The position numbers and the translations under genes were made by a program. Shown here one piece after another: positions 29,770 through 45,234 of a DNA stretch of 64,000 bases; position 1 is the stretch's first letter, and every line of letters begins with the position of its first letter. The stretch covers positions 55,982 to 119,981 of the forward strand of contig NW_003314335.1 in assembly GCF_000143415.4 (NCBI RefSeq). The letters are read 5' to 3'. This stretch comes from Selaginella moellendorffii. Its lineage: Eukaryota > Plantae > Lycopodiophyta. Under the pieces are notes generated by a model. It was given only the letters and a program-made list of their open reading frames with translations. It was not told the origin of the DNA and searched no databases.

Positions 29770-30800
29770 CCAATTGATCACGGTGTCCCATGCATTGGTA
29801 TGCTTTTGTTTCGTTTGCTCTCTCACACGCATGCATAGGCTTGAGCTTTAAGCTCGACATTCCTTACGTCGTAAGCTCTTTTTTCTCTTGTTCTCCGCAG
29901 TTAATGTTTTTCTATCCCAGATTGCTTGTCGAGGAAATGGAGAAACCACTCTTTTCAGCAACAATATCTTTCGCTTCAAAGGTAGTGTCTACACTGGGAA
30001 AAAGAGTAAACTTTGATGGATTATGTTCCAGGCTGGAATCAAAGTGTTCGTTACTGGAGGTATTGGAGGAGTTCATCGACAGGGCGAGTCTAGGAAGCCC
30101 AAGGTTCCCCAAGGTTCATACTTTTGTGTCTTTAACTTTGTTTTTATTAAGCTCCTCGCACTTAACAGAACTCGGTATAAAACTCCAGTTGCGGTGGTTT
30201 GTGCAGGGGTAAAATCAATCCTTGACATTCCAGGAACACTTGAATACCTTGTCAGACCATCGTATAGCGCACGGGCGTTTTAATATGAAACAATTTGCAG
30301 GAAACTCAAGGAGCTACTCAACTGATGAATTTCCGGCATTTTTTACTCCTAAAAGTGGCTGAAAAGCACCTTGCCGAGCAGACAACATGGAGGAGGTAAG
30401 CTCTAGTCATCGTCGTTATCGGTTCTAACTTGACACTGTAGAGGCAAATACGAAGTTTGGATTGGGTTCGGGCATTTTGATCGGGTTTCCAATACCCGCA
30501 GACCATGCAGCGGCAGCTAAGAACGTGGAATCGGCCATACAATCGACATTGCATGAAGCAGAGTACGTCTCAGTGATTTCTCTCTTGCTATTCCTACGTG
30601 TTTTTTTATAGGAGCAGATATTGCCGGTAATTTTGTGACGCCATTCTTGCTCAAGCGCGTCACTGGAGGCGATTCATTGGCTGCAGGTATCCTTTTGTTT
30701 GGTGTTTTTCTTTGCTACAATGGATAGATATCCAGCTCGTGAAGAATAATGCACTCGCTGGTGCGAAATGTTGCAACGGCTCTAAATCGTCTTGACACTC
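29770..30800 (+). pseudogene. psuG: Pseudouridine-5'-phosphate glycosidase (PsuG/IndA family) pseudogene
   Basis: [64 protein letters not shown]; introns present, in-frame TGA near 30360, deletions. Confidence 0.85.
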
Positions 30801-30919
30801 GACCCCAATTGGTAGAAATGTCACACCAATTGAAACCAATTGAAAAGATCCTAACTCGTTGCGCAACGAGTTAAGATCTTTTCAAGAACTTGGTTAAAAC
30901 TCACCCTTTTCTCATCACC

Positions 30920-32862
30920 ATGCCAGGGAATTGAGAAATTAGTCCGTGAACTTATCCGGTTTTTCTCCGAGGACCACTGGCACTGATTTCTCTCGCGCTT
31001 CTCACAGCTTCCATCGCCTTATACGCCGCTCGATAGGATTAATGTCCCTTTCGACTGGATGGGAAGGCCTGTAACCCAAGTAAGCTCTTCTCTAAAACTT
31101 TGCATTGATATACCTGTTGTGATTTGTTTGCCATTGTTACTGTAAGTGACTCAGAAACAAAAAAGAGAAGAAAAAATGCACCTTGATCTTATCACTTTTT
31201 TGCTGGCTTCTAGATGGGAACAAAAGTTCAACATTGTTGGAACAATCTTTGGTATGACTAGAGCCCTCCCTTTGCGTTTCTCAGTTGCGCGGCTCCTTCA
31301 CTCTTCCGGCTAACAAACATACTATTCGAGCATGCCGTGTGCGCGGTACCACATTTGGACGGGGCATATCACGTGTTCCTCTGGACTGTCCATGCTTGGT
31401 TTATATCCTCTACTGGACAATGGCAAACAAATCACAAGAGGTATATCAATTTTTACAGAAAAGAGCTTACTTTGGTTTCTCTCTTTCAGCTTGTAAGGTG
31501 GCACAAGATCGACATAAGTGGTTTGACTGGATTGTTTACTTGGATCGTCGGCCTTCTGATTTGGGGACTTCTCTAGCTCCATTCCGGAAGCACAGATTCG
31601 AGCTCTTTTACTACACACACCAGCTTTACTTTGTCTTCATCATTGGCTTTGCTCTTCACCTCGGGAGGAATGGCTCGCCATCATCATCGCCGGAGTGTTT
31701 CTTTTCTCATCGATAGAGTCTTCCGGTGCCTGCAATCGATGAGGCACGTTGAGGTGGTCTCGGCAAAAGTCATCTCTCCAGAAACTCTGGGGCTCACTCT
31801 CGCTAAAGTTCCTGGTGAGAAGCACATACATTTTTCTGTTCTTCGCTGTTAACTTATGACTTACTTGGAGAGATTTGAAGAGCCCGGCCGCAAGTGTGAT
31901 CTTTCTCAACTTGCGCCATCTCGAGATTGCAGACATCCTTTCACTGTTACATCGTGCTCAACTTTGGACGTGGATCGAATTACTATTCTCGTGAAATGCC
32001 GTGGAAGCTGGACCTGCTGCTCGATCAGGAGCGTCTTCACGAGAACAGCTATCCCGCACCCTTTGAAGCAGCAGTTGAAGGCCTCATGGTCACGAGCTTG
32101 ATGTAAGTATTTCGGCTCAAAATGCATTAAAACTCTACCTTTGTGCTGAAGATGTCCAGCTTTGATCTTCGTGGCCGGAGGAAGTGGAGTCGGACCATTC
32201 ATCGCTCAGGCTTGCACCAAAGAAAATCGTTTCCATTCTGGCAGTCAAGTTTTCCTAGGAGCTCCAGATTCTACATTCCATCTCACCTCTTCCATCGCTC
32301 CCGTCCGCTGCAGATTTCTTGAAACTTCATGCTTATGTCACTCGTGAAAGCGAAAGTGATCTTGAATCCCCCGTCAAGTTGAGTCTGGAAATCCAAACGC
32401 GAAGAAAGTTCTGCAGCAACAATCCTGGCATCTTTCGCAGGATACATGCTCATCGCGGGACTGGTGTACACATCTATCCAATGGACCACAATACGTACCA
32501 AGTTTGCTCGAGATCGGGTAGAGGATTTGCGCCGCTTCTCGAGTACGTGGTCGCCATTTGTGCCTTTGATGGTGGAACTATCCTCCTGTGGAACTGGTCC
32601 AAGTCGACTCTAATCTTGTAGACGTGCCAGTGATAGACCCAAGCTCGACGAAAATAAGACCAAGCAACGTGGTTTATGGAAGACGCCCGGATTTCCAACT
32701 CCTCAAGAAAGGAGAAATTCGATTTGTGATCTAAGTTGCGTGTTTTTGTCACAGCGATCTGCGCTGAGCACACAAGCAAAAACAAGGAATGCATAGTTGT
32801 GACCAGAGGGCATGCAAAGGACAGTGCCGAGCTCAACTTGCACCCCTTAAACTTTGAGCTCT
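30920..32862 (+). pseudogene. FRO: Ferric reductase oxidase pseudogene, tandem copy of the downstream FRO
   Basis: FELFYYTHQLY, HPFTVTS, FVAGGSGVGPFI, PMDHNTY, LHPLNFEL; many frameshifts. Confidence 0.9.
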
Positions 32863-33252
32863 GGAACTTAGAAGAAAGCTATGGCTTCTTTTTGCAATAG
32901 AGACAAAAAGAAAAGAGAGTATTGTTTGGAAACACGAAGGATCATACCTGTAGCAAATTCTTGCGTGATGCTTCACGCGAGGGATCTCCACACCACGGCG
33001 CAATCACAGGCGCAGAAAACAAAAAACCATACATAGAAACTCTTTGTTTGACAACGAACAAACACTTGTTTATGTCTTACGGGCAAAATCCACTAAATAT
33101 ACAATCATGGATTAATCCCTCCAGCTTGCTAAAGGGGAGTTGACAATTTTATGTACTATTTTGCATGAAGCAAGGGCAGTACATCGTACAGCTTTTGCAT
33201 GAATATATACTAGACAGAGGCCATTTTCGTTCTCACATTCCTCTCATCCGCA

Positions 33253-35455
33253 ATGGCTTTTCTTCGCCTTGCTGCCAAGGTTTTCATGGCGATTGTCTTC
33301 GCAGGATGGATGATGGTCTGGATCATGAGGCCAACGAGAACTTGGACAAACAATTTCTGGAATCCAGTTCTTCGTCATGTCTCCACCAAAGCATATGGCG
33401 ACACTGGTATATAATCTCGCCAGGAAATTGATAGCACTGCTCACTGTGATTCTTCCAAAATCTTTGCAGGGGCATACACTCTTATTTACATCTCCCCCAT
33501 ACTACTGGTGGCGTTTGTTGGAGCCATTTATCTTAGTTACAGCAAGAAAAGCAAGTGAGCTAGAATCTCTAATTCTTCTTGGATAACTTAAGCGTCCTTT
33601 CTTTTTTTATGCAGGACCATGAAGCCACTTAAGATAAATCCATGGAATTATCCAGTGTTTGTTAGAGGCCCATTAGCACTAATCTCATTATCCGAGCTGG
33701 CGCTACTTGGGGCGTTTGTGGCTTTGTTTGCTTGGACGACCGCTAAACACCTCAAGAACTCTTTCGACAGGATCAATATTCCATTCATGATGCATCCCGG
33801 AATGAGCCCCCACATGGATCCTTTGTAAGTATCAGGTCTCTTTAATTCACGAACTCTCAACTGAGATTTATTTTTCTTGAAAGGTGGCAGAGGAAGTTTA
33901 ACATCGTTGGAGGCAGGCTTGGAGCTGCAGGAGCCGTCCCGTTTGCTTTTCTTTTCTTTCCAGTTGCAAGATTTTCCTCCCTTTTCCAGCTTATCAAAAT
34001 TCCTTTTGAGCACTCAATCCGGTATCACATTTGGATTGGGCATATTATGATGGTTATATGGTCAGCTCACAGTATCGTGTATGTCATGTATTGGCCAATT
34101 GCTCACAAATCCAAAGAGGTAAAGCCTTTTTTAAAATATTTTTTAAAAAAATTATTATACTGTTTTTGGTCCAGTTTATTTTGTGGGAGAAGACGAGCAT
34201 TGCTGGTTTTACTGGCATGTTTGCATGGATTGTTGGACTGCTTATTTGGGTCACGTCACTCAATCCTGTTCGCAAGCAGAGATTTGAGCTCTTTTATTAT
34301 ACCCATCAGCTCTACATTTTGTTTGTGATTGGATTCGTTTTTCATGTGGGAGAGAAATGGCTTGCCATGATGGTTGCAGGGATTTTTCTCTTCACCATCG
34401 ATAGACTATTCAGGTTCTTACAATCCAGAAGGCATGTTGAGGTGGTATCAGCGAGGATGATCTCTAGTGAGACCATAGAGCTCACGTTTGCAAAACTCCC
34501 AAGTATTATATTTATCTATTTTTTATTTCTGTATTAATCTATTTTTGCAGATATGAATTATCCCGCAGCAAGTGTGATTTTTGTGAACCTCCCTGCAATT
34601 TCGGGTCTCCAGTGGCATCCATTTACAGTCACCTCCTGCTCTGGAGTCGAGCTTGACAAGCTCTCGATTTTAGTGAAGTGTAGTGGAAAATGGACATACA
34701 AGCTCAGGGAGCTGATCGTCCAAGAGGGTTACAAAGGCATTTCCAACGAGAATCNNNNNNNNNNNNNNNNNNNNNNNNNNNNNNNNNNNNNNNNNNNNNN
34801 NNNNNNNNNNNNNNNNNNNNNNNNNNNNNNNNNNNNNNNNNNNNNNNNNNNNNNACAACAACATCAAGTGTAACTGCTGAGCCTTCTCCAACACGAGACA
34901 TCAGTAAGATCAAGAAGCAAGTTAGAGGAATCTCGAGAACTCAAGGCTACAAACTATATGCTGCAACGATCTTGGCGTCTTTCCTCGGTTACATGCTCCT
35001 TGCAGGAGTTATTCATCGCTATTACATCTTTCCACAAGATCACAATACTTACAAAGCTTTCTCAAGAGCAGGGAGGGGTTTCATCTCGCTCATGGAATAC
35101 ATTGCTGGAGTTGTGTTCTTTGGTGGAGCAACGATTCTCGCTTGGAACTGTTGGAAAGGAAAAGACTTGCACCTTGTAGATGCGCCATATGTGGGTTCCA
35201 TTTCAGCTGAAGTTGGCCTCAAGCCAACCAGCATTCAGGTTGGAAAGCGTCCGGAGTTTCAAGGTGAATTGATGATCAAACTTTATAGAGGGATTAAGCA
35301 TTTGATTATGTGCAGACATTATTCCGGAGCATTCAAAAGGAAGGAAGGAGTATGTGGGAGTGTTTGCGTGTGGGCCTGAGGGAATGCAAGAAAGTGTGGG
35401 AGTACTTTGTCAAGCTCACAAGCTCAACTTTCATCCTCTTAATTTTGAACTGTAA
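33253..35455 (+). CDS. FRO: Ferric reduction oxidase (FRO), multi-exon; central NAD-binding part falls in the N gap
   Basis: MAFLRL..GWMMVWIMRPT, FLFFPVAR..FEHSIRYHIWIGH, RFELFYYTHQLY, QWHPFTVTS, VGVFACGP..LNFEL*; the visible exons splice in frame. Confidence 0.88.
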
Positions 35456-35649
35456 CGTGTGTTTCTGGGCTTGGAAGATTTTATTACTTTTGAAAACAAT
35501 GTTCTCTACACTATAATATGGTATCAGCATAATTTGAAGTTTACTTATTAATATACTTTACAAGCTTAGTAAAATTTTTAAATTTCTTACTATTTTTCTT
35601 TTTATAAACTTAAGTAAAAATTTGCAAAAATCAAGCTACAAATGCTTGA

Positions 35650-36300
35650 CATCTCCATGCTCCAATCTGCCAGCCCAGCACGATCAACAACATGCAATGG
35701 CTCCACAATGTGCTAGTGCACATGAGCTTGATTGAGCAGCGCTCCACTTCTTCCTCTCATAATCAGTACACTAGGAATTTGCACTCGAATTCCCACTCGT
35801 CTGCAGCCCATTCCAGGTGCCTTCCCATGCCAAGGCCACCAAAGTCAACCAAGCTCATCTTCACAGGCTTGATTGAGCTTGGGGGGATTGACAAGGGCTG
35901 ATATGATGGAACGGGAAAAGCTACTGTTGAATGCTTGTTGTATACAGTCTTATATACTCGTTCATCTCCTTTAATCTCTCTTAGATTCCTGCTGCAGATT
36001 CCTGTGTCCTTGACACCTTGATTCTTGCTCCAACACGATCCATTCTCCCAGATGGCCTGGAACGAACAGAAACTGCATGGATATTGTATACAGAAATAAA
36101 TCAATCTAATCTTTTGAGCATTGCTCAGGACACAAAAATGCATTCTTTTGTGAATTTGGTTTGTCAAGGTTTGCAAGAACTACACTTCAGCATACAATCC
36201 CAAGCTGTGAATGCCAGGCTTAGGGATCAAATCACAGTGCATGCTAAGTTGATGGCATCCGCAATCCAATGCCCAATGCAGACAATAGGACAGCAGTTCT
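35650..36300 (-). pseudogene. Unidentified degenerate gene fragment
   Basis: Exon-like composition and protein-like text (PVKMSLVDFGGLGMGRHLEWAADEWEFECKFL; CSIKLMCTSTLWSHCMLLIVLGWQI) interrupted by stops; family not recognised. Confidence 0.35.
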
Positions 36301-37079
36301 TAAAATTTTTGTTACTTATAATATACTTTGTAGTAGATTAGGGTGGAGAGGGGGAGGGTAAAAATTCATGTTTTTTTATGAAATTGTTTGCTCTTTCTTC
36401 ACTTCCCAGTCATATCTTACATGATTTTTATAACAATCTGTCCACTAATCACTTGTTGGATCCATATTTTTGTTGATTTTTTTTTTCCAAAAAATTTGAA
36501 TATAGAGTTTGTTTATTTCCTTCATTCACCCCTCCTATGGCACTCAATCACTGTCCTTGTATCAGTTCTATATAGTGTTAATGGGAGTTGCCTTCCACCT
36601 CAACTTATAATAGTAGTGTTGCTATAAAATCAATTGTATGCCATATCACATATTGCCAAGAATCCAGTGCTCCTAATTTTGCAAGATTCAACCTATCATC
36701 CCTACCAAGAAGACAAGAGTTGAGCTGCTTGAGAACCAATCCAATAGGGACATGGTTGTTGAATTTTATCTATTTTCAATCTCCTAGCGACCAGCTGCTT
36801 CATTTGGATTCCTAGGTAGCATTGCCTTAGACCTGACTCATCTGACTGACTCACTTCGGCTGTAAGAGAGGTATGAACATACTTGATTGGCTATGGTCCT
36901 AGCTGTGTGATATAGCAATCATTGCTATTGCAATTGAGGACAAGAAAAATCTTAATTTAAATGTGGATTCAAACTTATAGTTTTTTTACTTATACATTGC
37001 ATGTAGCAATGTTTATTTTAGTACCATATTTATAATTTATAAACACAAAATTAGTCTTATTTTATTTGTGAGTGCATGG

Positions 37080-37837
<758 letters not shown>

Positions 37838-37964
37838 AAAAGGATGGAAGAAAGTTAGGGTCCTCTAATGGACAAGCCAAGATCTAAAGGAAGCTTTGGT
37901 GGATCTATGAGTGGTGTTAATTGCTTATAATCCTTTTGTATGAAGTGTTTTAGCTGTTACACAT

Positions 37965-40900
37965 TGTTGCGAATGTGACTTTAGGTATTGAAAGTTATCT
38001 ATCAGTCAGTCCTTACAAACACTCTTTTGTTACTGCCACAACGGCAGGAGATCGGTATTGTTGGACTTGTTATTAGTCTCCGCCTAAGATAGTTGAGAAA
38101 CTGGTCTTTGGGTGTGCACTTGACTAGAAGAGTATAAAGAAGGAATTCTGAAATGTTTATTTAGTCAAGCATATTTGACCTCATTAGAGAAACTCATTCG
38201 TTGACTTGTGTTGGGAACCCCCGCGATACTGAGATTGGTCCCTCAATATTTGCTAAATGATATCTTATCGTGTTTGCCAAACACCCTCGCTATCATGCCC
38301 TTTGTGTTAGTCTTATTTCGGTCCTAAATGCTATTTATGAAAAGTGTCTAGATTTGCTCATTTGGCACATCTACAGTATGTGGAGATTGTCCTGAACACA
38401 ATAGTGTTCGTCCTGTGTCCAAATTCTGTGGGGGGTTCCAAATATATAGTAGGGATAGTGGGTAGGTCGGGCATGGCTGACTAACCTGAGGTATAGTCTA
38501 GCTCCCACTTGCATACCTGTCCTTGTTTTGCATCTGGCTTAGGTCTAAGTCCAAGTTCCATTCTATGCTAGCTAGTGAAGTACCCATGTCCTTGCGTTAG
38601 GCCACCGGTATGCCGAAATAGCACCAGACTCCATTTGGCTCCATTTTGCATGATGTTCCTGGCAATAGGATACTGGTTACTCTAGGACTGTTCCAAGTCA
38701 TTTTGGGCTCCTATCCCTTTGCTCCTTGGGTTGTACGTTTCGGAATTGCTCCGTGAATCGGTTCCGTCACTCTTTGGCTCCATACTTGGGAGTTTGGCAC
38801 CATTCCTTCATTCAGTGGCCAAGGCCTTGAACTTTGGGTTCCACACCACGTGTCCTATGGACACGTGGCATGACACGTGGCACATGGAGGATTTAGGTTC
38901 TGCTTCGTGGTGTTATCCTATGGTAAATCACCATAGGATAAAGGGTAAAAACCACATGTATTACATTTGGTATCAGAGAAAGAGTCTTAGTGAGTACTAT
39001 ACAATGGGATTGGGCAACTAGTCTCGTTGCATACGCAGAGATGAAAACGATGATTTGAATGGGTATACGTTTAGATGCAAAGGCTTTGCAATCGTTCCTT
39101 GAGTATGAATTTGGTTACCTTTTTGTACTATAGTAATGTGAGCTTGCTCTTGGGATTAAGTTGTTCTGTTTGCATGAGTTTTCACTTGGGATCGTGAGTG
39201 AGGTACATTAGCGACTCAAGGTTACTGTCGCGAATGTGACTTCGGGTATCGAAAGTTACTTGTCGGCCAGTTCTTACAGACACTCTTTCTTTACTGCCAC
39301 GATGGCAGGAAGTCGGTATTGCTGGACCTGTTATTAGTTTCCCACTTGAGCTAGTTGAGAAACTAGTCAATAACCATGGACTTAAATTGGATAAACATAA
39401 GGTAGGAACCCTATGTGTTTCTTGCTGAGCATACTTGGCCTGGTTTGAGAAATTTGAGTCATTGTCTTGCACTTGCTAGTATCAAGAACCCCCGCGATAT
39501 TGAGCTTGGTCCCTCAATATCACTAGATGATAGCTTACCGTGTCTGCCAAACACCCTCGCTATCATGCCCTTTGTGTTAGTTTCATTTCGGTCCCAAATG
39601 CTATTTATGGAAAGTGTTTAGATTTGCTCATTTGGCATATCTACAAAATGTAGAGATTGGCTTGAACACAATGGTGTTCGTCCCGTGTCCAAATTCACAA
39701 ATCCAATGCCATTCCATATTTAGTAAGTTTCAAGCTTGTCCCAAAGAGTAACTCCTGATACTAAGGGAGGCTTGGGGTGAAAGCCCAAAGCTTGTGTTCC
39801 TCAAGGCGGGGGGGGGGCGTTGTGGGGGGTTCCAAATGTTTAGTAGGGATAGTGGGTAGGTCAAGTATGGTTGACCAACTTAAGGCATAGTCTAGTTTTT
39901 GCTTGCGTGCCTATCCTTGTTCTGCGTCCGGCTTGGGTCTAAGCCCAAGTTCCATTCCATGCTAGCTGGTGGAGTACCCATGTCCTCGCAGTAGGCCACC
40001 AGTATGCCGAAATAGTGCTATTTGGCTCCATTTTGCATGCTGGTCCTGGCATTGGGATGCTGGTTACTCTAGGACTGTTCCAAGTCGCTCCGGGCTATAC
40101 ACTTAGGAGTTGTTCCGTGGTTCGGTTCCGTCACTCTTTGGCTCCATGCTCAGGAGTTTGGCACCGTTCCTTCGTTCAATGGCCCAAGGCCCTGAACCTC
40201 GGGTTCCACACCACTGTCCTTTGGACACGTGGCATCTATCACGTGACATAAAGAGGGTTTAGGTTCCACTTTGTGATGTTATCCTATGGTAAGTCACCAT
40301 AGGATAAAGGGTAAAAACCATGTGCACTACAATTACACTCTGAGTTGGCAGGATTAATGTTAGCCTATCGGTGGTTCCATGAGTTGTTCCTTGTACCATG
40401 GGTAAAAGTAAACCTTCCCTGGGTTTGCTATGAGTGGCAAATAGGCTGGTCCATAGCTATTTAGCACGGGACTAGTGGATCCTTCCTAGGTATGATTACA
40501 AGTGGATCAATCAAAGACTATAGGGATGAATCTATTGATTCAAGTACTTATTGCTGTGCTCTCTCATAAACTTTTCTTGGATTGGACTGAAGGCAGTGTG
40601 AAAGCAAGTTCGAGGTTTAGTCAAAGAAGAGACCGAAAAGAGAGTTGTCAGGGACGAAGGATCAAACACGTAAGTCATCTTCTCTTCTTGAAGAGATGAT
40701 TTGCAACGAGGTGTAACTCATTGCTCGTGTTCACATCATGCAGTCAAGAGTCCTTACCTTGATGTATGTTAGAAATGATAGTCTTACAAATGGTGAGTTA
40801 TGGGATGGATAGTAGTGAAGCGCTAAACCATTTTGTCTAAGCTTGCTATTGAAGACTTGGGTTGCAATGCTCAATTCTTTTCCAGGGAACCTTGCTATTG

Positions 40901-43900
40901 CTCCTTGAGTAGTTTGGTGCTGGATTAGTTTTGAGTTTGGTCAGAAAGAGAGCAGCATGAGCTTGTCTGTGTTGTGAACAAAAGTTAGTGGTGGTGGGTG
41001 TTGTAAATCTCTATCAGTAGAGTGTGGCATTTATGTTGTATTTTGTCGAATCGAGTTGACACTTGATAGTCATATAAACCTTTGAAATAATGAAATGGGT
41101 GTTGCTCGTGGTGTTACTCAATTGATGATCAAGTTATTGTGATACTTATATCATATCCATATGATAATGAACAATATGTTTACGAAGTTGCTTGGTTAGA
41201 TGATGATTAACCCCAAAGTGGTTGATAGTGAAGCTAGTTTACTTGCACAAAGTAGCATTGTAGTAGCTTTGATTGGATTCTCGATGGTGATCCATTATGC
41301 TAAGCTTAAATTGGTACCTTGTTTTCTTGAGGGTTTGCCCATAAAGTGTTGGAAAAGGGTTGTAGGTCAATTTGTTAACACTTGGAGTAGATTGTTGGAT
41401 GGAAAAGGTATGAGGTTGAGGCATTGATATCGCTAGCACTTGTATTAGTGTGTTATGTTGAGTGATGAGGAACTTTCCTTAGAGTTTGATTTTCCATGTC
41501 ATTTTTCTTGTTAGTGTTTTGACTTCACATTGGATCTTGAAAGTAGTTGAAGAAAAATGTTAGTGCAATGTGGATATTCGAAGATGTGGTCTTCGTGATT
41601 AAGTCTTGGATGTTCATTTTGCAATTTTGTGGATATCAATGTTAGATGTCAGAAGTATGGGCAAAAAGATGTTTGAGGCTTAAGCATACTATGGGTCATG
41701 AGAATTAATGTTAAAGTGAACCTATGTGAAGTTGTAGGTAGGAGGAAGTTAGTTGAGTTTTGAAAGTTTGCATTCCTAGACTGAGAGTCATTCTTTTTCT
41801 AGGATGGAAATTTTTCCACAAATTTTTTTAGACTTTTTCGATGGTTGATCTGTTGATCACTTTGCCCAAAAACCATTCCATTTTCGTAAGCTAGTACAAA
41901 CTAATGAAAGGGTTAGAGTTGACTTTGATTAGCTTGATACAACCTAAAAGGAATATTGATTTTTGGGGCTAAAGCAATTAAGTTGGATAGAGTTTGGAGT
42001 TGGTTTAGAAAAGTGGTCGTTGCACTTTTCTAAGAAAAGTGACCCTTGTGCCTTTTTTCTATAGCGTTCTGCTTGGTGGCAGGTTGCACCTTGTATTTCA
42101 TTAAGCTCTATAAGGGTAGTGAGCTCTCACTAATCTTGACTTAGTCTTGGTAGCCCTGCGCTTTGGTTGAGGATAGTGATGTTCAACTTAGTTGTTTGAA
42201 GTTGAGATGTGGTACCTGTACTATAGCTTTGTTTATGAGGAGGTTGTGTATCGATATGAGTTCATCTCATGGTCTTCACTTTAGTTTCGGCTGAGTGTTG
42301 ATCATGTATAGTTAGCCTCTTTAAGGCATGCTTAGAGCTATTGGCTAAATGCATTAGTGAGCTTATTGTGGTTAAGTTGGATTTGAGTGGTCATTTAGTT
42401 TATGCATGTCCATGAACCTTTATCTCATGCCTGGGATATTATGTTCATATTGGACAAGTATATAACTCAATGGCATGAGTTTAGTGTTGGGTCTTGTGAA
42501 GGCAAGTTGAAAGGTGATTGTTAGTTATTTTGTGACTCATAGTTACTTGTAGACTTCATCAAGGACTGTTGACACTTGCTTCACTCGATAATGATTTAGC
42601 AGTGATGGGCTTGCTTTACCGAATGGTGTTGCAAAGGATCGTGTCGTTAAACTTACATGGTTTTTTTATGTTGGTATGTTGACTCTACCTCTGTCAATAT
42701 CATTTGGTTATATTTAGTTCGTAGTGTTGGATTTTGTTGAGTTTTGGATGTGGTGAATCACTTCTTGATAACGTGTTATCTGTAACTAAGTTTTGCTGAA
42801 GGATTGGTCTCAGATACCAACTAAAGTATTTTCGACTTTGGTTAGCTTGGTTGCTAGAGAATTTTGAGTGGTGATTCACTCTTGCTTTCTTTTAGCTTTG
42901 TTCTAGTGTTGATAGCATTGAAGTGATGCTTTGTTGTTGACATTGTAATTGTTGAGATTCAAGTGGGATGAGATACCTCTTTGTAGGATTGATATTGAGT
43001 TTCATTAGTCTCAATGCAAATAGTGTTGATGCTTGGGCTGTAGCTTTATGTTATTGGCATTCGTGCAATTGCTAGTTAGCAACTGTTTTGACGTTCAAAT
43101 AAGATGAGTGGCAAGTTTGAGTTAGTTGTGTTCTAGATGAGATTATTTAGTAGGGGTTGAGCTTTGAGCTTCTTCTTGAAAAGTGATTCAGTTGTGGACT
43201 ATACTAATTTTACGAGAAGAATAGTTAGTGATTGATATTAGAATGTTTGAATCCTTATCAGATTTGAGTTAGAATATCTTGATCATTGAGGATTCTTCTT
43301 GTGTTTGTTATAAGGTGAGTTACGTTTTGCTATAGATGGATTCATGGAGGATCGTTTAGTGATCACCTATTGGGCATAACTTTATTATACTTAGCTTTTG
43401 GATTGATGCAAAAATGCTCTTCATTAGCTTTGGCATTATGAAGTTTAGCTTATGAATGTGTTGAGGAGGATGTTGTGGGTTGTACCATGATTTCTTCTTT
43501 AATATTAAAGTTAATTCATGCGTGACTTGTGATCATTGTTAGGCAAGACTTTGCTATAAACTTCTTCGAGCTTTTGGTTCCTTGAGTTTTCATACTTGTC
43601 ATTCATTTGTTAGAAGTTGTTGGGGAAGGCATTTGGCTCATTAACTTTGATATTGAAGTTGGCTTTTGCATCTAGCAGTTATAGATGATGATTGACTATT
43701 ATCTAGGATAGTTAATTATCCTTATCAGCAATTTTACTTGATTATTGTTGATCTAGAATGATTTGTTGTTCTTTGGGATAATGGATTCTTTCTTCGATGA
43801 TGATTATGCATCTTTTTCTGATGGGATGATTGATGATTTTTTGTGATGATTAGTTGTTCGCTTTGATGGCTAATAGCTTTCTGTATTACCACATGTTCTA

Positions 43901-45234
43901 TGTGATTTGCTTGGGATTGGTCTCTTGGGTTCGAGACATCAGTAGGATGTTGTTGACACTTGCTTAAACAACTTGAGTTCCTTCGTATTGTGACTGGGAT
44001 TTATTCGGATTGGCTAGTACAGTAGTTAACATGAACACTATGTTTGTTGGTTTTACTACATGCATTCTATTTTGTTGATTATTGCTCAAGTTAGTTCTGA
44101 TAGATTTGGGTGTAATTTCCTTCAGATGATACATTTGCGAGCATTTTGCTTGTCAGTCAATAATACTTTGTGTTTTTTGAGTTATCTTTAGTAAGTTATT
44201 TGGCATTCTGTCTGCAATTTTTAATAATTAAGTTTGTCATTGAGTTTACTTGATGATATACTTACTATTGAATTTTGTTGGATAGTGAATCTTGTGTTTA
44301 CCAAAATGATGATCTTGGTGATTCCTATACTCTAATACTAGTTTATTGGATGATAACTCATTTGGAAAACTTTTGTGTTCTCATCTAAGATATATTCATT
44401 GATAATTAAGTCTCTAAGATATCATTGTCTATGACTTTAATATTGTCCATTTATTAATCTTTGAATTTGGGCCAGTATAGGTAGACTGGCTTCAGTACTT
44501 TGTGTGCATGGTGAAATCTTTAGTCATGGGGTAGCTATTGTCGACTGGTCACATAACCTGCCTCTCTGTCGATGTTCCTTATTCTGTTAAAAGGGCGTGA
44601 CCATGTAAACAATTCTAACTGCCTGTTTATAGTAATCTATCTAAACTTTACCGACAGGTTTGGTTTCTTTGCTCAAGAAGGTTGGGGCCTTTGGCTTCTC
44701 TCTTTATATCCCTGCAGGCAGGGGCGTATCACACTTTTGTAAGTTGGGTGACACCTAGAGCAGCAAGGGTGGCTAACTCCGTTGGTCATTTCCTTATGGG
44801 TGACGGCCAGAAGGTGTTTGAGCTAGTAGCGCATCCGCATTAGACAAAGAGGTTGCCTCCTAACTCATTTAAGTTGGTGCATTTTTCATATAGTGTGATC
44901 ATCATAAACTTTTTCTGGAGTTGTTTCCTTAGCGGTGGTCTAGACTCAAGTATGCATCAACGAGGATGTCGATCTTCTCTAAGGGGGAAGAGTGTCGCAA
45001 ATGTGACTTCGGGTATCGAAAATTACCTATTGGCCAGTCCTTACGGACACTCTTTTCTTACTACCATGATGGCAGGAGATTGGTATTGCTAAACTCGTTA
45101 TCAGTCTCCGCCTAAGCTAGTTGAGAAACTGGTCTTCACATGTGCACTTGAGCAAAAGAGCATAAAGAAGGAATTCCTAAATGTCTATTTAGTCAAGCAT
45201 ACTTGACCTGGTTAGAGAAACTCATTCATGACTG
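37965..45234 (+). mobile_element. Decayed LTR retrotransposon with TGTCGCGAATGTGAC-type LTRs (37965, 39226, 44993) and an eroded interior (~40330-44980)
   Basis: Three copies of the LTR start. PPT AAGGGGGAAGAG at 44981-44992. The interior is T-rich and CpG-poor with no long ORFs. Confidence 0.65.
38427..40331 (+). mobile_element. Small non-autonomous LTR retroelement (TRIM-like): LTR 38427-38965, PBS, non-coding interior, PPT, LTR 39821-40331
   Basis: Two TG...CA direct repeats starting TGTGGGGGGTTCCAAAT. PBS TGGTATCAGAG (tRNA-Met type) at 38968-38978. G-tract at ~39803-39817. No clean TSD. Confidence 0.8.
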
